NCBI GenBank assembly: GCA_964106915.2
Contig: OZ066923.1
Length of the DNA: 64,000 nucleotides
Strand: one strand, 5' to 3'
Source of the DNA: Podarcis gaigeae
Lineage: Eukaryota
Shown in pieces: positions 50,510 through 61,814 of the stretch. How positions within the stretch are numbered: position 1 is the stretch's first letter; each line of letters opens with the position of its first letter. Below the pieces are notes generated by a model, which worked only from the letters and a program-made list of their open reading frames with translations, made no database searches and was not told where the DNA came from. The position numbers were made by a program, and so were the translations under genes.

Positions 50510-50895
50510 CCGTATTTTCCGGCGTATAAGACAACTGGGCGTATAAGACGACCCCCCAACTTTTCTAGTTAAAATATAAAGTTTGAGATATACTCGCCAT
50601 ATAAGACTACCCATCTTCCAACGCACACTAAATAAAAATTTAAAAAACCAGTCTCCAGTCCAGCTTGGAAATCTGCTCCGCTTCCCAGTGGCCGGGGGCT
50701 TCTGGTGCCAATTTTCAAACGTATTTCTGCTTCATCTAGAGAGCTTGGTGTCCTCTGATTTAATTTGCTGTTGTTTTATCCTTTGGTGGGGAGTTGCTGC
50801 AGGAGATGCGGCTGTAGCCGGCGTATAAGACAACCCCCGCTTTCTGTTAAGATTTTCCTGGGTTAAAAAGTAGTCTTATATGCCAGAAAATGCAG
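50510..50895. mobile_element. Tc2/mariner-like non-autonomous DNA transposon
   Basis: TIR CCGTATTTTCCGGCGTATAAGAC / GTCTTATATGCCAGAAAATGCAG; TA TSD. Confidence 0.8.
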
Positions 50896-51073
50896 TATTT
50901 TCCACTTTTTTCTCCAGGGAGCACATGGTTCACCCCTCTCCTCAGTTAATCCCTACAACAACCCTGTGAGATAGATTAAGAGGCTGTGACTGGCCCAAAG
51001 TCACCCAGTGAGCCTCATGACCGAGTGGGGATTTCAACCCTGATCTCCCAGGTCCTAGTCCGACAGTCTAACC

Positions 51074-51392
51074 CAGGGGTAGGCAAACGAAGGCCCATGG
51101 GCCAGATGCATCCCAACTGCCTTCTTAATCCGGCTCGCGGACGGTCTGGGAATCAGCGTATTTTTACATAAGTAGAATGTGTCCTTTTATTTAAAATGCA
51201 TCTTTGGGTTATGTGTGGAGCCTGCCTGGTGTTTTTACATGAGCAGAATGTGTGCTTTTATTTAAAATGCATCTCTGGCTTATTTGTGGGGCATAGGAAT
51301 TTGTCCATTTCCCCCAAAAAATATAGTCGGGCCACCACATGGTCTGAGGGACGGTGGACCCGCTCACGGCTGAAAAAGGTTGCTGACCCCTG
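51074..51392. mobile_element. hAT (Charlie-like) non-autonomous element nested in a MIR-like SINE
   Basis: CAGGGGTAGGCAA / TTGCTGACCCCTG termini; TSD (G/C)TCTAACC; internal duplication of about 70 bp. Confidence 0.8.
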
Positions 51393-52563
51393 CTCTAACC
51401 ATTACACCACACTGGCTTCCTAGGGGACATCTGCTATGGGGCAGATCTATAAATTAAGTAGGTATATAGATATGGGGAAGGCAAAATGTCACTTGGAGAA
51501 GGATCTAAAATATCTTCATTGAAGCTTGAATTTGTTTTATTTGATGTTTTAATGTGTTGTATACTGCTTTGATAATAAATAACAAATTTCATGGTAAAAA
51601 AGGGTGCCTAGACATTCCATTGCAACGATCATAACCTAGGTTTAAGGTGCCATTTGGCAATTAGCTTATATATCTGTTTCAAACACTGCCTACGCCCTAA
51701 GAGGAAGCAAGCTGCAAAGTGTTATCCCTTGCTGCCAGGCAAAATTAGATAACTTTCATTACTAACTCACTTGAATAAACAGTAATATTTAAACACAACA
51801 GATGTTCTGTAACAGAATACTTGTTACTAGAAATGTGAAGTCTTGGAAAGGGTGGATTAAATTTTTCTCCAACCCAGGTTTTTTTTCGGGGGGGGGGGGG
51901 GCTGGAGGCTTCACATCTCTATTACCAGGGCTTTTTTTTCCAGTCAGAACTCAGTTGTGACACCTCTCAGGTGGGCACCATTGCCATTGTAAGAGAACAA
52001 GGGAGGTGTTCATGGTGAGTTCCACCACCACTTTTTCTAGAAAAATAGCACTGTATTACTAAAATGAAACAAGGGCCCTCTGGCTTAACCCCCAAGATGA
52101 TTTTTCCTCTACTTTTGAACAAATGTGAAGCAGAGATGACACGCCACAGGTGCCAATCTTTGCCTTCCATTCCAACTTACTTATTTTATTTCCCCCTCAG
52201 AACAATGACAACACACCTGAAAACACTACAGTTTGCACCAAAATCTACATCCACAGTACATAAAATCATTAAAACACATGGAAGTAATTGGATTACAAGA
52301 GCAGCACATTTTAGCCAGCACCCTGTCTTGGACTAAACAGCCAGTGAGATTTCAAGAAAGTTCACAAGGCAAAATGGCAACTGACACCAGCTCCAGGTAC
52401 ACCCTGCCTCCAATCGTGGCCATTTCATTCCCAGCTATTGCTGCTAAGAAGTAAGCACTTGTAGACCCATTTCCTCCAAATATTCAAGGCAAAGCCCATC
52501 ATAGCATCCTGTGGCAATTAATACATCTTATATAGTCTGACCATTGGTCCTTCTCACGAAGTA

Positions 52564-53624
52564 CCGTATTTTTCGCTCTATAACACGCACCTGACCATAA
52601 CACGCACATCGTTTTTAGAGGAGGAAAACAAGGGAAAAAACATTCTGAATGAAACAGTGGATGTATCATTTTTGTGCTTCATGCTGTGGCCACAGACATG
52701 TGATCTGATGGTGAATTTGGGCTGACCCAATGCAAAAATCCTGAGAATTCCTGTGCATCCATGGTTTATAACCACGTTTTTGCACCATTGCAGCCCCAGG
52801 CAACAGTGGGTGCGTGATTTTTGGGGGGCAGGCTGTAGCCATGGACATGCTATGTGATCTAATGGTGAATTTGGGGTGACCCAATGCCAAAATCCTGAGA
52901 ATTCCTGTGGATCCATGCTTTTTAACCACATTTTTGCACCATTGCAGCCCCAGGCAACAGTGGGTGCGTGATTTTTTTGGTGCAGGCTGTAGCCATGGAC
53001 ATGCTATGTGATCTGATGGTGAATTTGGGGTGACCCAATGCAAAGATCCTGAGGATCCATGCTTTGTAACCACATTTTAAGTGGGGAGCGAAGGAAAAAC
53101 AAAGAAGGGACATTAGAGGGGTGTGCAGAGAAGCAGCTGGCTAAGAATGCAGGAGAGGGATTTAACGGGAGGGAGGAAAGAAAGGCAAAAGTTTCCCCNN
53201 NNNNNNNNNNNNNNNNNNNNNNNNNNNNNNNNNNNNNNNNNNNNNNNNNNNNNNNNNNNNNNNNNNNNNNNNNNNNNNNNNNNNNNNNNNNNNNNNNNNN
53301 NNNNNNNNNNNNNNNNNNNNNNNNNNNCCCAGCAGCAACGGAGCTTGCCTGGAGGGGAGGGGCTTTCCCTGCTCTTTGTTCCGTTTCAGCAAACACAGCA
53401 ACGAAACAGAGGAGGCTGGGCAGTAAGACCCTGAGGCAGAATGCAGGAAAGCAGGCGCTTCCTCTTTTCAGGTTTCACTTCTCCGTGCAGCGTGCAGCGC
53501 CGCGATTTGATTTTTGCATGATTTTTCGGCTCCAGGGACCACACATTCGCTCTATAACACGCACAGACATTTCCCCTTCCTTTTTAGAAGAAAAAATCTG
53601 CGTGTTATAGAAGGAAAAATACGG
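52564..53624. mobile_element. Tc2/mariner-like non-autonomous DNA transposon with internal ~154-bp tandem repeat
   Basis: TIR CCGTATTTTTC...TATAACACGCA; TA TSD; about 2.5 tandem units at 52698-53077; spans an assembly gap. Confidence 0.82.
53199..53327. other. Assembly gap (129 N)
   Basis: Run of N. Confidence 0.99.
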
Positions 53625-53895
53625 TACTGCCTAGCAACTCTCCAGGATTTCAGACAGGAAACATTCCCAGACGTACCTGAAGCTGCTGGGGATCAAACAT
53701 GGGACCTTCTGTATAAAATGCTGATGCTCTACCACTGAGCGACAGCTGTTCCCTTACCATCATTTCATTATTAAACATACACTTCCAATGACTCTTTAAC
53801 TACTTCTCATTATGAGAAATCAAGCTACACCAAGGCCCTTGAGCTTTTTTAATTTATATAAATAATTTTTTTATATATATAAACTTTTTTATTTA

Positions 53896-54104
53896 CAGTG
53901 GTACCTCGGGTTACATACGCTTCAGGTTACAGAATCCACTAACCCAGAAATAGTACCTTGGGTTAAGAACTTTGCTTCAGGATGAGAACAGAAATTGTGC
54001 TCCGGCGGCGCGGCGGCAGCAGGAGGACCCATTAGCTAAAGTGGTGCTTCAGGTTAAGAACGGACCTCCAGAACAAATTAAGTTCTTAAGCTGAGGTACC
54101 ACTG
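53896..54104. mobile_element. Tc1/mariner (Tigger-like) MITE
   Basis: TIR CAGTGGTACCTC; TA TSD. Confidence 0.87.
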
Positions 54105-54635
54105 TACTATATTTTTATTTTCCACTCATAATTTCAATATGGTTTTTCAAGGCAACCCAGCAATCGCCTTTACTACTGGTGCTTGAACTCAAGGTATTAT
54201 AATCTTAAATCTGCCCTAATTTTTTTGAGACGCTGTTGGGCAGAAATGTATAGTAATAAAATAAACCACCTAAAAATGAACAAAAGAGAACCAGCCATAA
54301 TAGCAGAGATCAACTAAATTCAATTTAAGGCCACTGAATGCCCTAATGAACAAAGATCCTGTTCTGACAGTCGCCAACCTGATGCCATTGAAGTGCCAAA
54401 CAGGTGCAAGGAAGCAACTGTGAAGACTTCTCCACTGTATTCCACCACTCTGAAGTGGAGGACATCTCCAGCACATCAGAAGTATCTTAAGCTGCAGAAC
54501 TAACTTAAGTAACAACAAAGCCTTGTAAACAGCCAATTGCCTATACTGACAATCAGGCAGTAAAGATTTACCAAACGTGCTCCTTCCATTTGGAACCAAA
54601 AATAAGCAACGAAGAGGCATGCATTTGCGCTAGGA

Positions 54636-54843
54636 CAGTGATACCTCGGGTTACATATGCTTCAGGTTACAGACTCCGCTAACCCAGAAATAGTACCTCG
54701 GGTTAAGAACTTTGCTTCAGGATGAGAACAGAAATCGTGCTCCGGCAGTGCGGCAGCAGCGGGAGGCCCCATTAGCTAAAGTGGTGCTTCAGGTTAAGAA
54801 CAGTTTCTGGAAAGAATTAAGTACTTAACCTGAGGTACCACTG
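54636..54843. mobile_element. Tc1/mariner (Tigger-like) MITE
   Basis: Near-identical to 53896-54104. Confidence 0.86.
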
Positions 54844-55288
54844 TACTTGCAAGGCCGTAGTAACACACAACCAACTGACATATCCTTTTCAAGAATGTGG
54901 GGGATGCATACACATACAAATCATTAAAGAGGGATTTCATCACATTCTTGCAATGCTTTAGGCAGGGCATATTGTAACCTTTTCCTTATCTCTCTAAGCC
55001 AAGCAAAAAGCACATTCCTTGCACCAGGGAAGAAACACATTGGACTCAAATCACAACATGCTGGTTAGTTTTGCTCACACATTATAATGGCTATCCCAAG
55101 TTTACAATAGCTGCTAGAACACTGCAGCTACATGGTTTAATAACTTTCATTTAAAGTAAATTAACGGAAGTACAAGCTGGAGTTCTCTAATCAAGTTCCT
55201 GAAGGGTCCAAAGGTCCAGATATCTGGTATGCTCACTGGCTGTTTAGATTCATTAAAAGTATCATCATTCATGAGTGAAAGTCCTCAC

Positions 55289-55424
55289 CTCAGGTAAGAG
55301 TGAAGAATCATTCTGAAGCAGAAGCTGACACAATTCATCATCCTTTAAGCTTTCGAGCCCATGCTCTTTTAGGACAGGGAGGTTATGGGGTGAATGAAAG
55401 TCATGGATGAACTTGCATGGCTTC
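55289..55424 (-). CDS. PARP12: PARP12 exon 2
   Basis: ttacag acceptor, gtgag donor; KPCKFIHDFHSPHNLPVLKEHGLESLKDDELCQLLLQNDSSLLPE; 136 bp. Confidence 0.93.
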
Positions 55425-55904
55425 CTGTAAATTTCGAAAACATTAAACATGCTTGTAATTGCATTCTGCTTCTACCATCAAAGATGAACTAAAGCTGCAT
55501 GTTGTTCATAGCCAAAGGTATGCAGCCCAATTCTATGCAGATTTACTTGGAATAAATATCAATGTGTTTATTGGGGCTTACTCCCAGGTAAGTACATATA
55601 GGACTACAGTTTCAGCAATCTTTGTCCAACAGCATTTTGGTATATATTAATTTATATACAGCTTAATTGCTGAAACCTCTAAATGGGTTTCCACAGAACA
55701 TAAAATATACATCAAAATTTTAAAAGTTGTAAGTTAAAAACAGGTTGAAGGTAAAACTACGGGTTCTGTTTTTTAAAGCCCAATTTATCAAGTTTCACCA
55801 TTTTGAATTACCCTAAATTCGAGAGATGCCTGAAAAAGGAGAAGTGCATGATTAGGACAGGACAAATGAATGGAGAAAGCAAGCAGTGTCACATGAGTTC
55901 AAGC

Positions 55905-56006
55905 AAAATGAAGTGGACTGTCTCACAAAGGCTTATATAATTTTAAAAGGTTATTTTTTTAAGACATTGTAAGGCTGTTGTTTTTGCTGCAACAGACTAA
56001 CATGGA
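55905..56006 (+). mobile_element. Highly degraded Penelope-like pseudo-LTR remnant
   Basis: tgaagtggactgtctcacaaaggctta...tttttgctgcaacagactaacatgg resembles the same ribozyme and tail layout. Confidence 0.45.
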
Positions 56007-57276
56007 AAATGAGTTCACATTATGTTTTAAGATCTCCTGAGCAAGGAGGTAAAAACATAGCGAAAAAGAAAGATAGATGGTGGTAGTTTTAGCAGCCACA
56101 AACTCATGAACTCCAAAGTTGCAATTTCCTTTACAGCACTATGTATTAGTACTTGTATACAGCTTAGGTCCAAACTATCTGAAGGACTGCATTCCCTTAT
56201 AGGAACCTGCTAGGGTTTTGAGGTTTTTTCCTTGCATTTTCAGTAGTTCTCATTTTTATCTATCAGTTGCCTTGAGTCCCGTCTAGAGAAAAAGACATTA
56301 ATAATAGTATGCAAACATGATGTACTGTAAAACTAATGGCAGCAATAATCACAAACTGTCCTTTGACTGGTTGTTTAAGTCTTTGGGAATTGGGCATAAC
56401 AAAAGCAAGCTAAATACTTCCATTTAAAAATTAAATTAAAATGACAAAGACACCTTACCAAAGACCACCAAATTTAATTTTTATAGTGAAAAGCCTGAAT
56501 GATTTGCATACTGGCAAATAGAAGAAAGCCAGTCTCTTTCAAAAGTTTGCTTTTGGTAAAAATATGTACACATATGGGTTGCCATATGTCCTCTTTTTAC
56601 AGGACACGTACTGGTGTTCCATAGTAAAAAGTATGGTGTAAAAAGTAAAAGTCGGCAAATGTGTCCTCTTTTTGGCTCTTCAAAATTATGCAACCCTCTA
56701 CAGAAGATAAACTCAACTTATTTCCATTGCACATACTAACAGAATGCAAAAAAGGCAACGTTTAAAACCGTACGTACTTCCTTCCACGTCCACAATAAAC
56801 TACTGTATAGATTAGGACTTCGAACAATGGTAGCAAGAGAGGCTCCGCCCCACACTTAAAAGTCGGGGAAGATGGAGGAGTCTCGCCCCCCACAGCTCAA
56901 ACATGCTCTCTTGAACAACAACTCGAGCTGCCCGCCCCGCCCCGATTGGGCTACTGGGCTTGGGATCTACAAACCGGTTCAGCTTCTCCCGTCCACGCAC
57001 CGCAATTCTTTTGCTACTCTTACGGTCCCGACCCTGGGCGCAAAAGTTTACCCGGAAGCAAGTCCAAACAGAGCTCATTCAATAGCAATCCTAGTATATG
57101 AGGGCGTGGGGTCGCTGGCCCGCTTGCACGACCCCCTTCCTGGATAGTAACCCTCCCCTCCGCACCCACGGCAATCCTAGACGACGCTCCCTATGGAGTA
57201 AAAAAACCCCACCCCATTAACTCGAGGGGTGCGTCTTGCTTCCGAACAAACACGCCGGCGCTGAAGTATTTGGGGG

Positions 57277-57559
57277 TTTGTTTTTTTAATATTTTAAGTA
57301 CAAATTAGAAAACATACATATTTACAACAAAAGAAAATACAAAAGAAAAAGAAAATACATATAACCAAGGGAAAAAGTTAGATAATACTTTGTCTCTTTT
57401 CATATTTACAGTTATTTATACCTCTATAAAATGCTATTCACAATAAAGGAGTGAAATGAAAGATATCAGAAAAAAGAAAAAAAGAACAAAGAAAAATAAA
57501 GAAGGTGAAAAAATTTAAAAGTAGCTAAGTATTCACTATACATAGCCGTTTCCCATAGC
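57277..57559 (-). mobile_element. Old LINE-like 3' UTR fragment inserted in the PARP12 CpG island
   Basis: AT-rich block, T-rich on minus strand, ending in an A-tail; degenerate 18-bp TSD CGCTGAAGTATTTGGGGG (57259-57276) / CGATGAAGCATTGGGGGG (57560-57577). Confidence 0.6.
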
Positions 57560-57605
57560 CGATGAAGCATTGGGGGGGGGTGAAGGGGGTCTCCGCCGGC
57601 CATAC

Positions 57606-57958
57606 CTGCCGTCCAGGTTACGGCACCCGCCGCCCACGAAGTAGCGGCAGACGTGCAGCCGCCGGCACCCGCCCTGGCACTTCCCGCTGCCGTGCTCCGG
57701 ACACAGCCGCGCCCCGGTGGTGGCCACCACGACCTGGGCATCTCCATCTTCTCCTCCTCCTCCTTCGGCCGCCGAGGGGGCCTCCTCCCGGGTCACCACC
57801 GTGAACTTGCGCGCGTCCTGGAACAGCGGGCCCAGGAGATCCGCGCTCACGCCGAGGGCCACGCGCCGGCACAGCTCGTCCTGGCGCAGGCAGCCCCCCG
57901 ACGTGCACAGCTCCCGCAGGGCCAGGGAGGCCAGCCTCTGCGAAGTGTAGCGGTCCAT
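57606..57958 (-). CDS. PARP12: PARP12 (ZC3HDC1/ARTD12) exon 1, CCCH finger 1 and start of finger 2
   Basis: ATG at 57958 within a CpG island; MDRYTSQRLAS...CPEHGSGKCQGGCRRLHVCRYFVGGGCRNLDGR; CAG|GTATG donor; 353 bp, phase 2. Confidence 0.9.
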
Positions 57959-58146
57959 GCTGGCTGGGGGTCAGCTTTTGCAGAAGGCCGGCGCTCCCGG
58001 CGAAGCTGCTGCTCCTCCTCCTCCTCCGCTACTACTAGGAGAAGACCCGCCCGCTTCCCGCCTTCGCTAGGAGACGACGACCACCGTCCCTTTCCCCACC
58101 TCTCCACTTCCGCCCCTGCCTCTCGTGATCTCTCTCCGGCCTGAGG

Positions 58147-58164
58147 GAAAAACGAAACCGAAAG
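58147..58164 (+). promoter_or_regulatory. Tandem ISRE / IRF element
   Basis: GAAAAACGAAACCGAAAG, three GAAA cores including GAAACCGAAA, about 190 bp upstream of the PARP12 ATG; PARP12 is a known interferon-stimulated gene. Confidence 0.75.
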
Positions 58165-59334
58165 CCATGAGTTGCTAGGGCGACGGAGCGAAGGAAGAGG
58201 CGCGGCTTATGCATCTAGCTCGGTGTTGTGTACACGGACTGGCAGCCGCTGGCCAGGGTGTCAAGCAAGAGGCGCGGTAATACAAGGATTGAACCCGGGA
58301 CATTTTGCTCTCATGTGTGCTCTGTGTAGAAAAGTTGGAAAGAAAAGAAAGGACTGAAAAGTTGGAAGGAGTCCCCAAGGATCAGCTGGTTCAAACCCGC
58401 ACAATTTAGGAATCTCAACTAAAGCATCCAAGACAGATGGCCATTCAACCTCTGCTTAAAATCTTCAATGAAAGAAAGGCCAGCACTTCTCGTGGAAGTC
58501 TGTTCCACTGGCGAATAGTTCTTACTGTTAGAAAGTTTTTCCTGATGTTTTTCCTGCTGCTGAGCTGTACAGACTTAATTGGGGACTATCCCACTGGATT
58601 CATGTGGACTTTGTTTTATTCATTTACTAGAACAAGGCAGCACACTGCCTCCATTTTATCCTCAGGACAACCATGTGAAGTAGGTTAGGCTGATAGGGAC
58701 TAGCTCAGGTGAGCTTGGTGGCTGAATGGAGATTTGAATCAGTCTCCCTGGTCCTTGTCTAGCACTCAAACCACTACACCATAGTGGCTTACTTCTGAGT
58801 AGACATGCACAGGGCTGCACTCCAATGATCACCATTAATAACTTCTTTTTCCCCTGAGTTTTTTGTGCTCAGGCAAATGTGTACTTTTTTGGAAAATGCC
58901 AGGGCTTGCAGTCTTGTGCTCCTTTATTTAGAACTCCTTGGAACTCACTTCTGAATAAGTTCTGCATTGCACCACATTGAACGCTTTTACACAAGTGAGT
59001 TGAACAATTAAGGAGTAAATCTACAATCAACACAGAAGCAATGGCACAAATTAATCAATTACATCTAGCAGCCCCAAGCAGAAGTTATAAGACCAATGGC
59101 CAGCCACTTAGGTCTTGACACTTGCTTCAGTATATGAGACCAAAACATGAGGGAGATGCATGGAAAATATTTCAGCAGCAGAAACCTACTTTTAATGGAT
59201 TGTTAAGAAATACTTTTAAAGAACTGATTCCTTCTCACAACTTACATTTGAAGTCAGACATTAGTGTGAGCAAAGATCCTATGCATCAGATAGAATGCTT
59301 AAACATTTGGCTTAGAATAACAGCATTTGATAAG

Positions 59335-59540
59335 AATATAGGTACTGCTCCAGCAGGAAGGTAAACGGCGTTTCCGTGTGCTGCTCTGGTTCACCAGAAG
59401 CGGCTTAGTCATGCTGGCCACATGACCTGGAAGCTGTCTGCGAACAAAGGCAGGCTCCCTCGGCCTATAGAGCAAGATGAGCGCGCAACCCCAGAGTTGT
59501 CTGCGACTGGACCTAATGGTCAGGGGTACCTTTACCTTTT
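59335..59540 (+). mobile_element. Sauria SINE, 5'-truncated
   Basis: ggaaggtaaacggcgtttccgtg body and taccttta tail. Confidence 0.85.
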
Positions 59541-60935
59541 TATACTTATGATTACAGAAAAGGCCAAAGGATCATTATCCTTCCAACAAAAGCTATTCAG
59601 TGGAGGTTTGCTGCAAATACTCCACTTTAGCATGATTGGGCCCCATTTTCTGCTCCCTGCCCTAATTTTTGGCTATTGAAAACATCTGGCTAACATTTTG
59701 TTAGTGTGGGTTTCTAGTGTTGTCATCTCCCAGGCTGAGTGCCCTCAGAAAAGTCTGAGTAACAAAAAGATGCAGCTTCAAAAGTGGGTTTATTGTGGGA
59801 TCAGTGTTTTTTCCAAATTCACATGATATCCTAGGCATCAAAATGTGAACACATATCGCTCCCCTCCCAATTTAATCCAGGTTTACGCTTTTTAGGGGAA
59901 ACTTGATAAATTAAAACTGTTGTCAGTGAAGCAAAGAAGTATTTCTGTCACTGTGGTGATTGACTTTCAAGCCAAAAACTCTCAAAACCTCTAGAATGAC
60001 CTTTTGTGATATCACAATGACCCATCTGTAATATTAACCCCTTTCTAGAAGCACCCTTCATTTCTAGGGAATTTATCAGTAAATGCAAAGCACCTATACA
60101 ACACATAGACTGTCATTTCATACCCCACAATTACCAAGGTATTGATGTCCTGAGCCACTAAAGGCTTTATTGATTAAAACTGGAACTCTGAATTGGGCTC
60201 AAAAATGAATTGGCAGCCAATGCAGTTGTGCCAGGATTGGTGTTATGCTTTCAGATCATCTTGCCCCAGTCTGACGCAGCTGCATTTTCCAAACTGTCTT
60301 CAAAAGCAGCCCCACATACAAAGCATTGCAGTAATGATGATGTACTTCAGCTCCCAAAAAAACTTGCCCTCTGAGCAGGGAATCAAGCAGATTCACCAGC
60401 ATCAGAATAGCAAGTTTTAGTCAGATGACTGAGAATCAAATAGTGTGAAGGAGACACACTCAGAGAAATTCTGGTGTGACATGGAGTGGGGCTCTTCAAT
60501 ATATGCTTACATCACATCAGTGAAATATATGACATTTGTGTGTACCACACACAAAATCAGATGCAGTGCTGCAAAAAGGCCACATTGTGGAGCTAGTGTA
60601 TTTCCTTCATACATCACAGCAACTTGAGAAATTGATGGATGGAATGTTTGCTGCTTACAAAAGCAGTGATTGTGTCGTCTTGCTTCCGGTTCCCAGGCAT
60701 TCACTGAAAAAGATACACAGAGAAAATATAGCAACCGTGTTCTCAAACAAGGTTTTGTTTGGATTAGCTACTTCTTTTAAAACCAGCATTGTGAATACTG
60801 CTCTCCTGTCATGCAAAGTTCCCTCACCCATTAAGCTTTAACACAGCCCAGCAGCTAATGAGGTCAACTAATACTATTTAAAACAAAAAAAATTCCTTCC
60901 AGTAGCACCTTAAAGACCAACTAAGTCAGTTCTTG

Positions 60936-60973
60936 GTATGAGCTTTCGTGTGCATGCACACTTCTTCAGATAC
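60936..60973 (-). ncRNA. Minimal type I hammerhead ribozyme motif, identical copy on minus strand
   Basis: Exact reverse complement of 61269-61306, lying in the element's sense pseudo-LTR. Confidence 0.65.
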
Positions 60974-61268
60974 ACTGAAACAGAAGTTTCCAGACCCTTC
61001 TATATAGTGAGAAGGTGGGGAGGGGTATTACTCAGAAGGCTGGTGGGAATGGGTGATTGGCAGATAGCTGTGATGAGCCTGTTGACGACTCTTAACGACT
61101 GCAATAGGTCTTACAGGAAGAAGCAAGGGGTGAAAAGGTGAAAAATGGCTTTGTCATGTATAATGAGATAAGAATCCAAGGTCTTTGTTCAGGCCAGGTT
61201 TCTCCATGGTTTTAAGTTTCTCCATGGTTTCTCACTATATAGAAGGGTCTGGAAACTTCTGTTTCAGT

Positions 61269-61306
61269 GTATCTGAAGAAGTGTGCATGCACACGAAAGC
61301 TCATAC
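61269..61306 (+). ncRNA. Minimal type I hammerhead ribozyme motif (Penelope-associated)
   Basis: GUAU-CUGAAGAA-GUGUG(CAUG)CACAC-GAAA-GC-UC-AUAC: stem I GUAU/AUAC, core CUGANGA, stem II hairpin, GAAA, palindromic AGCU stem III; the core carries one extra A. Confidence 0.65.
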
Positions 61307-61577
61307 CAAGAACTGACTTAGTTGGTCTTTAAGGTGCTACTGGAAGGAATTTTTTTTGTTTTGACTATGGCAGACCAACACGGCTACCTATCTGTAACTA
61401 ATACTATTTATTTACTTACATTTATACCCACTGTGAAATCCAAAGCAGCACACATTCCCAGATGGTCTCCCATTCAGGTAGTGAGAAAACCCAGATCTGC
61501 TTAGCTGCTACAGCAAAGAGATACTGTATCCAGAGACCATTAGCTAAGAGGCAATTGTTCACAGGCATATGGAATAT

Positions 61578-61650
61578 GTTGTTTAGTCGTTTAGTTGTGT
61601 CTGACTCTTCATGACCCCATGGACCAGAGCACGCCAGGCACTCCTGTCTT
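61578..61650 (-). mobile_element. RTE-BovB LINE 3' end
   Basis: Minus strand reads tggtccatggggtcatgaagagtcagacacaactaaacgactaaacaac, typical of a BovB tail; TSD CATATG(G/C)AATAT. Confidence 0.8.
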
Positions 61651-61814
61651 CATATGCAATATACCTTGAGGCATATCCAGCTATTATTATCAATCATCTC
61701 CAACCTTTTCATACCTGAGCCTTTGGCCACAACATGTAGTTGGGGACCCACTTCTTAATATTTTCATTTTATTTATTTATTATTTATGTATTAAATTTGT
61801 ACACTGCTCTTCAT

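Larger units (their letters stand above)
57560..58290 (-). promoter_or_regulatory. PARP12: CpG island / PARP12 promoter and exon 1
   Basis: Very high GC and CpG density around the ATG, unlike the CpG-depleted background; GC boxes and an ETS site (ccacttccgcc near 58104). Confidence 0.85.
60881..61395 (-). mobile_element. Penelope-like element, 5'-truncated, with inverted pseudo-LTR
   Basis: Perfect 134-bp inverted arms 60880-61013 and 61229-61362; spacer encodes KLKTMEKPGLNKDLGFLSHYT-stop on minus (61154-61219), like a PLE GIY-YIG C-terminus; 15-bp TSD AACTAATACTATTTA at 60866-60880 and 61396-61410. Confidence 0.88.

Noticed and set aside
52698-53077. CRISPR-like repeat array
   Set aside because: Contiguous tandem units with no unique spacers, inside a eukaryotic transposon.
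56840-57270. Independent intronic promoter for a nested gene
   Set aside because: Better explained as the distal half of the PARP12 island, cut off by the 57277-57559 insertion; no downstream exon found.
57466-58144. Overlapping ORFs (93-163 aa) around PARP12 exon 1
   Set aside because: Expected from stop-codon scarcity in a GC-rich island; no domain signal other than the PARP12 frame.
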